Assembly (NCBI GenBank): GCA_026193155.1 | Contig: JAPHSI010000136.1 | Coordinates: 1-34,236, forward strand | Length of the DNA stretch: 34,236 nucleotides | DNA from: Sulfurimonadaceae bacterium | GTDB taxonomy: Bacteria > Campylobacterota > Campylobacteria > Campylobacterales > Sulfurimonadaceae | Reading direction: 5' to 3' | Shown: positions 24,893 to 32,593 of the stretch, one piece after another | Position numbering within the stretch: position 1 is the stretch's first letter | Layout: each line of letters begins with the position of its first letter | The notes under the pieces: generated by a model | Databases searched by the model: none | What the model was told of the DNA's origin: nothing | The model's input: the letters and a program-made list of their open reading frames with translations, nothing else | Program-made: the position numbers and the translations under genes

Positions 24893-25873
24893 TTATTCCC
24901 AGTCAAGCAGTCTTTGCTGACCTTTTAATGCTCTAATGTCAGTGACATCTTGAGATACCTCTATTACACCCTTATAAGTACCTTCATCGTCTCTAATAGC
25001 AAAGTACCTTATATGAATAAACTTACCTTTAAACTCTATCCAAAATTCAGCCTCATCACGACGTCCGGCTTTGAATTCTCTAAGTATCATTAATACCTGA
25101 TCAACACTTTTTGGTGGATGACAAAATTTTACTTCACGACCAATAATACCTGCACTTCTAGGAAAGACTCTGTTATCACCGCGATTATAAAAAATAACTA
25201 TATCATTCTCATCTACATAAGTAATATCAACAGGCATAAATTTAAGTAATAAGTTGATTTGTTCAGGAAGCATATAACCCTGATCTAAATCCAATCTGCC
25301 TTCCAGAGAAAAAGGTAGTTTTCTTTTTTTTGTATCTTGTGAAGGGTGTACATATTCCTCAGTTTTTGCAGGATAAGGTGTAGGCGGAGTATCAAACATC
25401 CATCCAATTTCTTCATCACCATCACGCATCTCTTTCCAATCATCTTCCTCTAGCATATTTAATGCATTAGGCAATAATCTTCCCTCTTCAACCTGCATAA
25501 TATGGTCTAAGTTTCTAAATAAATTTGGAAGTGACATCATAAGAGATTGAAATTCTCTGTTTGTTACAAGAGTTCTGGTTACTTTTATTATTGCACGTAT
25601 ATCATCATGAAATGCCCACATATTTTGTGATGGAGATGTCCATCCATATTTTTCTAAGTATGGAAATAGTTGATTTTCCTTTCTTGCAAAATGTTTCTCA
25701 ACTAAGCACAACTTCCCAAATAACTCTTCAAACTTTTCATACTCTGCACCTATATCTAAAGAATTTATATCTGATATAAGTTCTCGTATATATTGATTTT
25801 CTTCTAAATATACTCTTACCGGATGACCTTCAGGCAAATTTGCATATGGGTTGTTTCCTAAAAATTCACTCAT
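24893..25873 (-). CDS. DUF438 hemerythrin-like + PAS domain protein
   Basis: GHPV..Y.EEN, HFARKENQLFPYLE, MWAFHDDIR, EEGRLLP; C-terminal PAS with ITYVDEND, FPRS..IIGREV.FCHPPKS, EVSQD. Confidence 0.85.
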   Translation of the reverse strand: MSEFLGNNPYANLPEGHPVRVYLEENQYIRELISDINSLDIGAEYEKFEELFGKLCLVEKHFARKENQLFPYLEKYGWTSPSQNMWAFHDDIRAIIKVTRTLVTNREFQSLMMSLPNLFRNLDHIMQVEEGRLLPNALNMLEEDDWKEMRDGDEEIGWMFDTPPTPYPAKTEEYVHPSQDTKKRKLPFSLEGRLDLDQGYMLPEQINLLLKFMPVDITYVDENDIVIFYNRGDNRVFPRSAGIIGREVKFCHPPKSVDQVLMILREFKAGRRDEAEFWIEFKGKFIHIRYFAIRDDEGTYKGVIEVSQDVTDIRALKGQQRLLDWE

Positions 25874-25880
25874 ATTAAAC

Positions 25881-26987
25881 CTACTCTATATTAATATTTT
25901 GACTTTTTAAAATCTTAAATTCATTAGACGCTTTATCATTTTGTAAATTTAATTTTTTAACAGCCTTTGGATTAACTATATAGTACCCAAGTATAAGTTC
26001 CAACCTATCACCGCTTTTTAGTTTTTTATCATATGAAACTTTACGTTTTTCATTAGCTTTTAGCATTGTATCTTTTACAACTTCTGTAGCTAACCAAGGC
26101 ATCGATGGTTTTGAGTCTGTACCTATTACTTTTATAAATGTCTCTGTTTTTAAAGCTGTAGTTTTTGTATCTCTTATATGTTTTACTCTCAACTGAACTA
26201 CTCTCAATGGATGCGTCATAAGATTATGTGGAGCTTTATTATGTACAACTATTTCAAAACCATCTGAACTTTTACTAAATCCGAATTCTACATATTCTTT
26301 AAGCATTTGAGGTTTTGTATGAGCACCTGCAAAGCCGTGGAATGCATGCTTTTTACTTAATCTAACTGTTGTTGCAGAACCGTCAACTTTTGGCATATGA
26401 CAAGTTATACAATTTGTTTTTTTATCTTGAGCACCCTCTTCATCTGTTGTACATACTGAAAACTCATGTGAATTTTGTTTGTGGGAGTGACAACCCATGC
26501 ACATATTTCCATTATAGAAATTGTCATTTGTATAATCTATATCATGGTATGCAGAACCTGTGGTCGTTACATTCATACCAAAAAAAGAACTCTTTTTTCT
26601 ATACACAACCTTTTCATTTTCTCTACCTGCTTCGGCTGAATAAAACCTCTTTTTTTCACCTGAATAAATATTTTTATTTGACTTAGCGTGTTTTTGCACA
26701 TTTGAAATTGTGTGACAGCTTATACAAGAGATTCCTTCTTTTTGTGCTTTAGCTCCTTTAGCATTTGGAGTATGACACTTAGCACATTTATAGTCACCTT
26801 TTGCAGATGCAGGATGCTTATCCCACACAGCTTTGTGAATCTTGTCATCATATATAGACGACTTTTTATGCATTGAGTTCTCAAACTCTTGAGATATTAA
26901 CGGATGACATTTTTTACATGCTGCAGTATCATATGTAGATGCAAAAAGAATTGTAGTTATTGACAAAATATAAAATATAGTTTTCAT
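25881..26987 (-). CDS. Periplasmic pentaheme c-type cytochrome (paralog B)
   Basis: Signal peptide; five CxxCH (CKKCH, CAKCH, CISCH, CMGCH, CITCH). Confidence 0.92.
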   Translation of the reverse strand: MKTIFYILSITTILFASTYDTAACKKCHPLISQEFENSMHKKSSIYDDKIHKAVWDKHPASAKGDYKCAKCHTPNAKGAKAQKEGISCISCHTISNVQKHAKSNKNIYSGEKKRFYSAEAGRENEKVVYRKKSSFFGMNVTTTGSAYHDIDYTNDNFYNGNMCMGCHSHKQNSHEFSVCTTDEEGAQDKKTNCITCHMPKVDGSATTVRLSKKHAFHGFAGAHTKPQMLKEYVEFGFSKSSDGFEIVVHNKAPHNLMTHPLRVVQLRVKHIRDTKTTALKTETFIKVIGTDSKPSMPWLATEVVKDTMLKANEKRKVSYDKKLKSGDRLELILGYYIVNPKAVKKLNLQNDKASNEFKILKSQNINIE

Positions 26988-27016
26988 ACCTAAACCTTGT
27001 TTTTGATATAGGTCGA

Positions 27017-27057
27017 ATTTTATCTAAGAATAATTTTTTTTGCTTGATTTGTATCAA
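27017..27057 (-). promoter_or_regulatory. DNR/FNR-type box and -10 of the pentaheme B-DUF438 operon
   Basis: TTGAT-TTGT-ATCAA at 27044-27057; TAAAAT on - strand at 27017-27022 (21 nt). Confidence 0.82.
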
Positions 27058-27071
27058 TAAGAGGGTGAAAT

Positions 27072-28682
27072 TTATTCATCCTCTTTAAACATTCTATCTT
27101 TGGCTTCTATGCCCATTAAAGATAAACCTGTCTTTATAGAGAGTGCAACTACCATTAAAAGTTTAAGTAGTTTTGCTTCATCTTCTCGTCCTATTATTCT
27201 AACATCATAATAAAACTTATGCAAAGATGCCGCTAAAGATTGTAAGTAATCTGGTAATTTTTGAACTTGACGGGAACTAAATGCATCTTCAATTATTTCA
27301 GGAAGCAGTAATGCATCAAAAAGCAAAGTGTCCGCTTGTTCATCAAAGCCCTTAAGAGAAGACTTCATAATTTCATCTTCACTAAAATCACTTTTAGAAA
27401 TCATAGTTTTAATACGTGCATGAGCATATTGTATATAAAAAATTGGATTTGAACTATCTTGTTTTTTTAATGATTCTACATCAAATTCTAAAGATGTATC
27501 GCTCTTTTTAGACGCAAATATAAAACGCAGGGCATCTGCACCTATTTCCTCAACTATATCACTCATAAGAATAACGTTACCTGCACGTTTACTCATTTTA
27601 TACGGTTCACCGTCTTTTAAAAGACTTACCATTTGAGACAGTAAAACTTCCAGTTTATTTGAGTCATATCCTAAATATTCTACCGCTGCATTTACACGAG
27701 GTATATAACCATGGTGGTCAGCTCCCCAAATATTTATATAGTGATCATACCCGCGCTCAAACTTTTGGTTATGGTAAACTATATCTCCTGCAAGATATGT
27801 AGGACGTTTATCTTCACGAACCACAACTCTATCATTATCATCACCTTTAGCTTCAGATGCGAGCCAGATTTTATCTTCTTTTTCATAAATAGCATTGGCA
27901 TCATTTTTTGCCATCTTTGCCATAACTCTGTCCCAATCATCATATAAAGATGATTCATTTACAAAAGTATCAAAGAATATATTTGTATCAGCCAAAGTTT
28001 TAGTGACAATTTCCATTACCCCGTCTTTTGCCCAAAGAGCCAACTCTTTTTGACGAGATTCGTTAGTCAAAATATCTTCACCAAATTTTTCAACTGCACC
28101 ACGAGCTAAAGCATCTAAATACTCGCCGCGGTAATAACTCTCAGGATATTCTACATCTTGGTTTAATAAATTTTCTTGAGCATAAAGTTGAATAGAAAGA
28201 CCAAGTAAATCAATCTGATTACCTGCATCATTTACATAATACTCAGCTGTAATATCATAACCCAGATGCTTTGCCAGACGATAAAGTGTATCACCGTAAA
28301 CAGCTCCGCGAGCATGACCGATATGTAGTGGTCCAGTTGGATTAGCACTTACAAATTCTAAAAGAATTTTTTGCTTATTTTCTCCAACTCCAAATTCAGC
28401 AGGGTTATTTAGTGCCCACGAACCGTATTCATTTAAAAAATCTTCACTCAAACGAAAGTTTAAATAACCTTTTAGAGGTTCTACTTTGGAGAATACTTCA
28501 TTATTTTCATCAAAAGACGAAGCTAATTCTTCCGCAATAACCATAGGAGATTTTCTTAACTCTTTAGCAAGGGAAAAAGCAATTGGAGTAGCAAAGTGAC
28601 CAAAAGAGCGATCACGGGGTTTTTCTAAAACTACTTCACGACCTAATTTGTCGTGAAGATATGATTGTACACGTTGTTTCAA
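27072..28682 (-). CDS. argS: Arginine--tRNA ligase
   Basis: EFVSANPTGPLHIGH, WGADHHGY, KMSKRAG, YIQYAHAR. Confidence 0.99.
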   Translation of the reverse strand: MKQRVQSYLHDKLGREVVLEKPRDRSFGHFATPIAFSLAKELRKSPMVIAEELASSFDENNEVFSKVEPLKGYLNFRLSEDFLNEYGSWALNNPAEFGVGENKQKILLEFVSANPTGPLHIGHARGAVYGDTLYRLAKHLGYDITAEYYVNDAGNQIDLLGLSIQLYAQENLLNQDVEYPESYYRGEYLDALARGAVEKFGEDILTNESRQKELALWAKDGVMEIVTKTLADTNIFFDTFVNESSLYDDWDRVMAKMAKNDANAIYEKEDKIWLASEAKGDDNDRVVVREDKRPTYLAGDIVYHNQKFERGYDHYINIWGADHHGYIPRVNAAVEYLGYDSNKLEVLLSQMVSLLKDGEPYKMSKRAGNVILMSDIVEEIGADALRFIFASKKSDTSLEFDVESLKKQDSSNPIFYIQYAHARIKTMISKSDFSEDEIMKSSLKGFDEQADTLLFDALLLPEIIEDAFSSRQVQKLPDYLQSLAASLHKFYYDVRIIGREDEAKLLKLLMVVALSIKTGLSLMGIEAKDRMFKEDE

Positions 28683-28685
28683 GGC

Positions 28686-28919
28686 TTACGCTTGTGTTGT
28701 AGTATTTTTTGGAGCTTCTGTAGATGCTACTTCTTCTGAGTTTTCAACTTTTTTTACTTCATCAGATGCAACTTCTGTTGAGTCATCTTTCATTTCTGCT
28801 TTAAAATTTTTGATACCTTTACCAAGACCTTTAGCTAAGTCTGGTATTTTTTTCGCACCAAATAATAATACAATGATTCCAAAAATTATAAGTAGTTCTG
28901 TTCCACTAGGCATTCCCAT
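28686..28919 (-). CDS. tatA: Twin-arginine translocase subunit TatA
   Basis: [31 protein letters not shown]. Confidence 0.97.
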   Translation of the reverse strand: MGMPSGTELLIIFGIIVLLFGAKKIPDLAKGLGKGIKNFKAEMKDDSTEVASDEVKKVENSEEVASTEAPKNTTTQA

Positions 28920-29006
28920 AGTTGTTTCCTTGTTTTAAATTAAATTCTGTGAGTATATCTTTTTTTTGCTGTAAATACTCTTATCGAGTATTATAATACG
29001 AGTTTG

Positions 29007-29639
29007 TTAAATATCTTCCCACATTTGAGTAAAATCGTTTATTTCATTCCCTGGTATTTTCAACCTGGCAGCTTTGGCAATCGATCTTAGAGTATCGGCA
29101 GCGGTTTTTAAATCATCATTAATTATTAAAAAATCATATTCACTTATACGTTGAATCTCTCTTTTTGCCATATCTATACGTCTGTCTATAACTTCCTTAG
29201 AATCTGTTTGTCTTGCTTGCAGGCGATGTTTTAATTCTGATAGAGTAGGAGGTGATATGAAAACCGATGTTGTAATATCCCCTAATCTATTTGTCACAAC
29301 CGTATTACCTTGAACATCGATATCAAAAATAACAAGCTTACCTTCTTTTAACGCTTTTTTTACAGGTTTTAATGAGGTACCATAATAATTTCCATGTACA
29401 TGCGCATACTCTAAAAACATCTCTTGTTCTATATCTTTTTTAAACTCTTCTTCATCGACAAAATAATAATGGACACCCTCAACTTCACCTTCACGCATAG
29501 GACGTGTAGTAGTAGATATAGAGAAATAACACTCCCCTACATCATTAATTACTTCATTTAATAATGTGCTTTTTCCAGCACCACTCGGACCTGAAAGTAC
29601 TAGTATCGCTCCAGTATTATGATTCACTTTTATCGCCAC
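29007..29639 (-). CDS. gmk: Guanylate kinase
   Basis: SGPSGAGKST, STTTRPMREGE, VHGNYYGT, DIDVQG. Confidence 0.98.
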   Translation of the reverse strand: MAIKVNHNTGAILVLSGPSGAGKSTLLNEVINDVGECYFSISTTTRPMREGEVEGVHYYFVDEEEFKKDIEQEMFLEYAHVHGNYYGTSLKPVKKALKEGKLVIFDIDVQGNTVVTNRLGDITTSVFISPPTLSELKHRLQARQTDSKEVIDRRIDMAKREIQRISEYDFLIINDDLKTAADTLRSIAKAARLKIPGNEINDFTQMWEDI

Positions 29640-31125
29640 CCAACTCTATATTAATATTAATTTTCATCCCCTTCATTGATGCTGCAACCTCTTCATTAGT
29701 TAATGCTTTTAGAAGTTTTTTAAGAGATTCAACACCATCGCTATTTGCCTCAATATTGGTATCAGTTGGGATTTCTGTATCCTCAATATCTAATGTTTCA
29801 GTCATAGGCAACTCTTCTTGAGCGTCTAATTCATCTTCATTTAACTCACCAACGGCAACTCTTAAACTATTAGTAGTCAAAGAAGAAAATTCATCAATAT
29901 CTATCTCACTATTTAAATCTTCTTCTGTTAATTCCTCTTCAGCCGACTCTATTAATTCTTCTAAGTTTGAATCATCCAATGATTCCTCTTCTAAACTTAA
30001 TTCTTCCTCTTCTAGGTCTGCAGCAAGTTCTTCAGACATATCATCACTTAACTCATCTTCAACATCATCTGATTCTAAAGAATCTTCAGAATCTTCGCTA
30101 CCTTCTTCTAAGTCAAGATCATCTAAACCTAAATCATCTTCCAATTCTTTTGAATTATCAGTATCAGATTCTAAATCAAAATCATCAAGTTCTAAATCAT
30201 CTTCAGTATCTGAATCTTCTTCAAGGTCATCTAAACCTAAATCATCTTCATTTACATCTTCTTCTGCCATATCAGAGTCTTCCTCACTTATTTCTTCTTT
30301 GTCATCTAGACCTAACTCTTCAGTACCCTCAGAGTCTTCACTTTCTTCTAAATCAAGGTCATCTAAATTTAATTCATCTTCCAATTCATCTGTATTATCT
30401 TCAGCACTCTCTAAATCATCTAAATCAAGATCATTTAAACCAAGTTCATCATCTAAACTATCTACATCTTTGTCATTTTCTTCTAATAGGTCTTGTACTT
30501 CTTGAAGTTCATCTTTATCTAAAATAGAATCCAATTCTTCTTCATCTTCTAAATCATCTAAATTTAGCTCATCATCAAGATTCAGCTCTTCGCCTTCATC
30601 CTCTAAATCATCTTCTTCTAAGTCATCAAGATTCAGCTCTTCGCCTTCATCCTCTAAATCATCTTCTTCTAAGTCATCAAGGTTAAGTTCTTCATCTTCT
30701 AAATCTATCTCTTCATCTTCTTTATCATCCAGATTAATATTATCCATATCATCTGTTTCTTCTTCATCTATCTCATCGTTAATGGGTGTATCCATATCAT
30801 CAGATTCTACATCACGACCAAAATGAGAAAATATCTCAACTAAATCTGTCGGTAAAAAAGGTTTTTTGAGTGTCGATGTAAACCCCTCTTCAAATTCTGC
30901 ATCCTTAGAACAAATATATAAGGATTTGTCGTATATTATTTTTGATTTTAGTTCCTGCATTAGCTCATGCTTAAATACAGTATCATCAACGACAACTAAA
31001 TCATATGAACCAGTATTTACTTCATCAATATTTGTAGCTACATCTAGTTCATCGGAAGTTTTTTGAGCACTTAGCGTTACTAATTTATTTACAACTGGGT
31101 TATCATTTAAGAGTAAAATTTTCAA
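29617..31125 (-). CDS. Highly acidic low-complexity protein with N-terminal receiver-like domain
   Basis: MKILLLNDNPVV...LVVVDD...KKPFLP receiver-like start, long D/E/L tract, C-terminal MKININIEL; position between fliR and gmk as in Campylobacter. Confidence 0.85.
   Translation of the reverse strand: MKILLLNDNPVVNKLVTLSAQKTSDELDVATNIDEVNTGSYDLVVVDDTVFKHELMQELKSKIIYDKSLYICSKDAEFEEGFTSTLKKPFLPTDLVEIFSHFGRDVESDDMDTPINDEIDEEETDDMDNINLDDKEDEEIDLEDEELNLDDLEEDDLEDEGEELNLDDLEEDDLEDEGEELNLDDELNLDDLEDEEELDSILDKDELQEVQDLLEENDKDVDSLDDELGLNDLDLDDLESAEDNTDELEDELNLDDLDLEESEDSEGTEELGLDDKEEISEEDSDMAEEDVNEDDLGLDDLEEDSDTEDDLELDDFDLESDTDNSKELEDDLGLDDLDLEEGSEDSEDSLESDDVEDELSDDMSEELAADLEEEELSLEEESLDDSNLEELIESAEEELTEEDLNSEIDIDEFSSLTTNSLRVAVGELNEDELDAQEELPMTETLDIEDTEIPTDTNIEANSDGVESLKKLLKALTNEEVAASMKGMKININIELGGDKSES
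30572..30681. repeat. Exact 51-bp coding tandem repeat (2 copies + 8 bp)
   Basis: TCATCAAGATTCAGCTCTTCGCCTTCATCCTCTAAATCATCTTCTTCTAAG at 30572 and 30623; encodes a 17-aa LEEDDLEDEGEELNLDD unit. Confidence 0.92.
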
Positions 31126-31161
31126 GACTTTTTCCTTTATAGTTATTGTATCAAAAAAAAA

Positions 31162-31926
31162 CTAAAAAAGTATCTCCAGATAATTAAAAGCTTCTTGAAC
31201 ATGACCTTTAAACACTAACATAGTAGATGTTAGTATCGCTATAAGTACTATAAATGCAAATGCAATTTTAATAGGAAAACCAATTACGAGTAAGTTAAAC
31301 TGCGGCATTGTTTTCATAAGCATCCCAAATATAACATCCTGTAAAAATGTAAGTGCTATAATAGGAAAAGCTATTATGAACCCTACTAAGAACATCTTTG
31401 AAGATGCTTCTATAGTATATCTAAATAGATTTTCCTGCATTAAAAATCCTCCAAGTGGAATCTGAGACAATGAATCATTTATAAACAAAAGTAACCAGTG
31501 GTGCATGTCAATCGAGAGTAATACCATAAGTGCTAAAAGTGACAAAAACTGAGAAATAATCGGCATTGATACACCTGTTTGAGGATCAATCGCACTTGCC
31601 ATAGAGAAACCCATCATAAATGAAATCTGTCCCCCTGCAAACGTTATTACATTATAAGCTACCTGAAGGACTACACCAATAGCTAAACCAAATAAAATCT
31701 CACTAAGAATTGCGATAATTACACTTACAATATTTAATGAAATCTCTAATTGTGGCATAGATGAGTAAAAAACTATAGTAAAAACAAAAGCTAAAGCTGC
31801 CTTTATAGTTTGTGGAATATTTTGATGTGAAAAAATAGGAGCAGCCATAAACATAGCTGCAAAACGAAAAAACAAAAGTATAAAACCAACTACATAATCT
31901 TGAGTAAAAACTTGAGCCCAAGACAT
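31162..31926 (-). CDS. fliR: Flagellar export apparatus protein FliR
   Basis: R..A....APIF, FAGGQISFMMGFSMASAIDP, KTMPQFNLLVIGFPIK. Confidence 0.96.
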   Translation of the reverse strand: MSWAQVFTQDYVVGFILLFFRFAAMFMAAPIFSHQNIPQTIKAALAFVFTIVFYSSMPQLEISLNIVSVIIAILSEILFGLAIGVVLQVAYNVITFAGGQISFMMGFSMASAIDPQTGVSMPIISQFLSLLALMVLLSIDMHHWLLLFINDSLSQIPLGGFLMQENLFRYTIEASSKMFLVGFIIAFPIIALTFLQDVIFGMLMKTMPQFNLLVIGFPIKIAFAFIVLIAILTSTMLVFKGHVQEAFNYLEILF

Positions 31927-32571
31927 CTATTTGACTCTTACTAGCTCTTTATTTTCGAGTTTGTACACTATATCACAATCCTGTGCGAACTCTTCATTGT
32001 GAGTGACTAAGACCATACCTGCCTCTTCTTCATTTACATAGTCGAAAAATATTTTTTTAACTTCATCTCCTGTTACATTATCTAAATTTCCTGTCGGCTC
32101 ATCTACAAAAATAATTTTAGGTTTTTTAGTTAAAACTCTTGCAATTGAGATACGCTGTTGTTGCCCGCCTGAGAGTTCTGTAACTTTTTGCTCTAAAGTA
32201 TTTTCTACTCCAAGACTTTTTAGAAGTTCTAAATCTATATCTTTACCCGATAATATAGAAGAAATTTCTAAATTTTCTTCAACTGAAAAACCTTTAAAAA
32301 GATAATGTTGCTGAAAAACAAGTCCAAGCTTATTTCTTTTTATCTGCTCTAACTCTTTTGCACTCATAGAAGATACATCTTTACCAAAAAGATATACCTC
32401 TCCTTCATTTGGAGATAACAAAGTCGCTAATATATTTAATAAAGTTGATTTTCCACTTCCGCTTAAACCGATAATTGCGATACTTTGTTTTGTATCTAAT
32501 TGTAGTGAAACGTTTGAAAAAAGTTCAGTATCAAATGAATGAGAAAGATTATTTGCTTTTAATAAATTCAT
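31927..32571 (-). CDS. ABC transporter ATP-binding protein (LolD/MacB-like), no adjacent permease
   Basis: Walker A GLSGSGKST, LSGGQQQR, IFVDEPTGNLD, VTH. Confidence 0.92.
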   Translation of the reverse strand: MNLLKANNLSHSFDTELFSNVSLQLDTKQSIAIIGLSGSGKSTLLNILATLLSPNEGEVYLFGKDVSSMSAKELEQIKRNKLGLVFQQHYLFKGFSVEENLEISSILSGKDIDLELLKSLGVENTLEQKVTELSGGQQQRISIARVLTKKPKIIFVDEPTGNLDNVTGDEVKKIFFDYVNEEEAGMVLVTHNEEFAQDCDIVYKLENKELVRVK

Positions 32572-32593
32572 GTATGAATTATATCAAAAACAT

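Noticed and set aside
5007-27060. Denitrification region as a mobile genomic island
   Set aside because: No integrase, transposase, tRNA or flanking direct repeat seen; the higher GC of nirS/norCB fits high-expression codon usage.
28974-28992. AATACTC-ttatc-GAGTATT hairpin between gmk and tatA
   Set aside because: Short AT-rich stem without a clear U tract; cannot be distinguished from chance.
29900-30800. Periodic TCATC/TCTAAATC repeats resembling an array
   Set aside because: In-frame codon repeats of the D/E/L-rich protein; no constant repeat with unique spacers, so not CRISPR.
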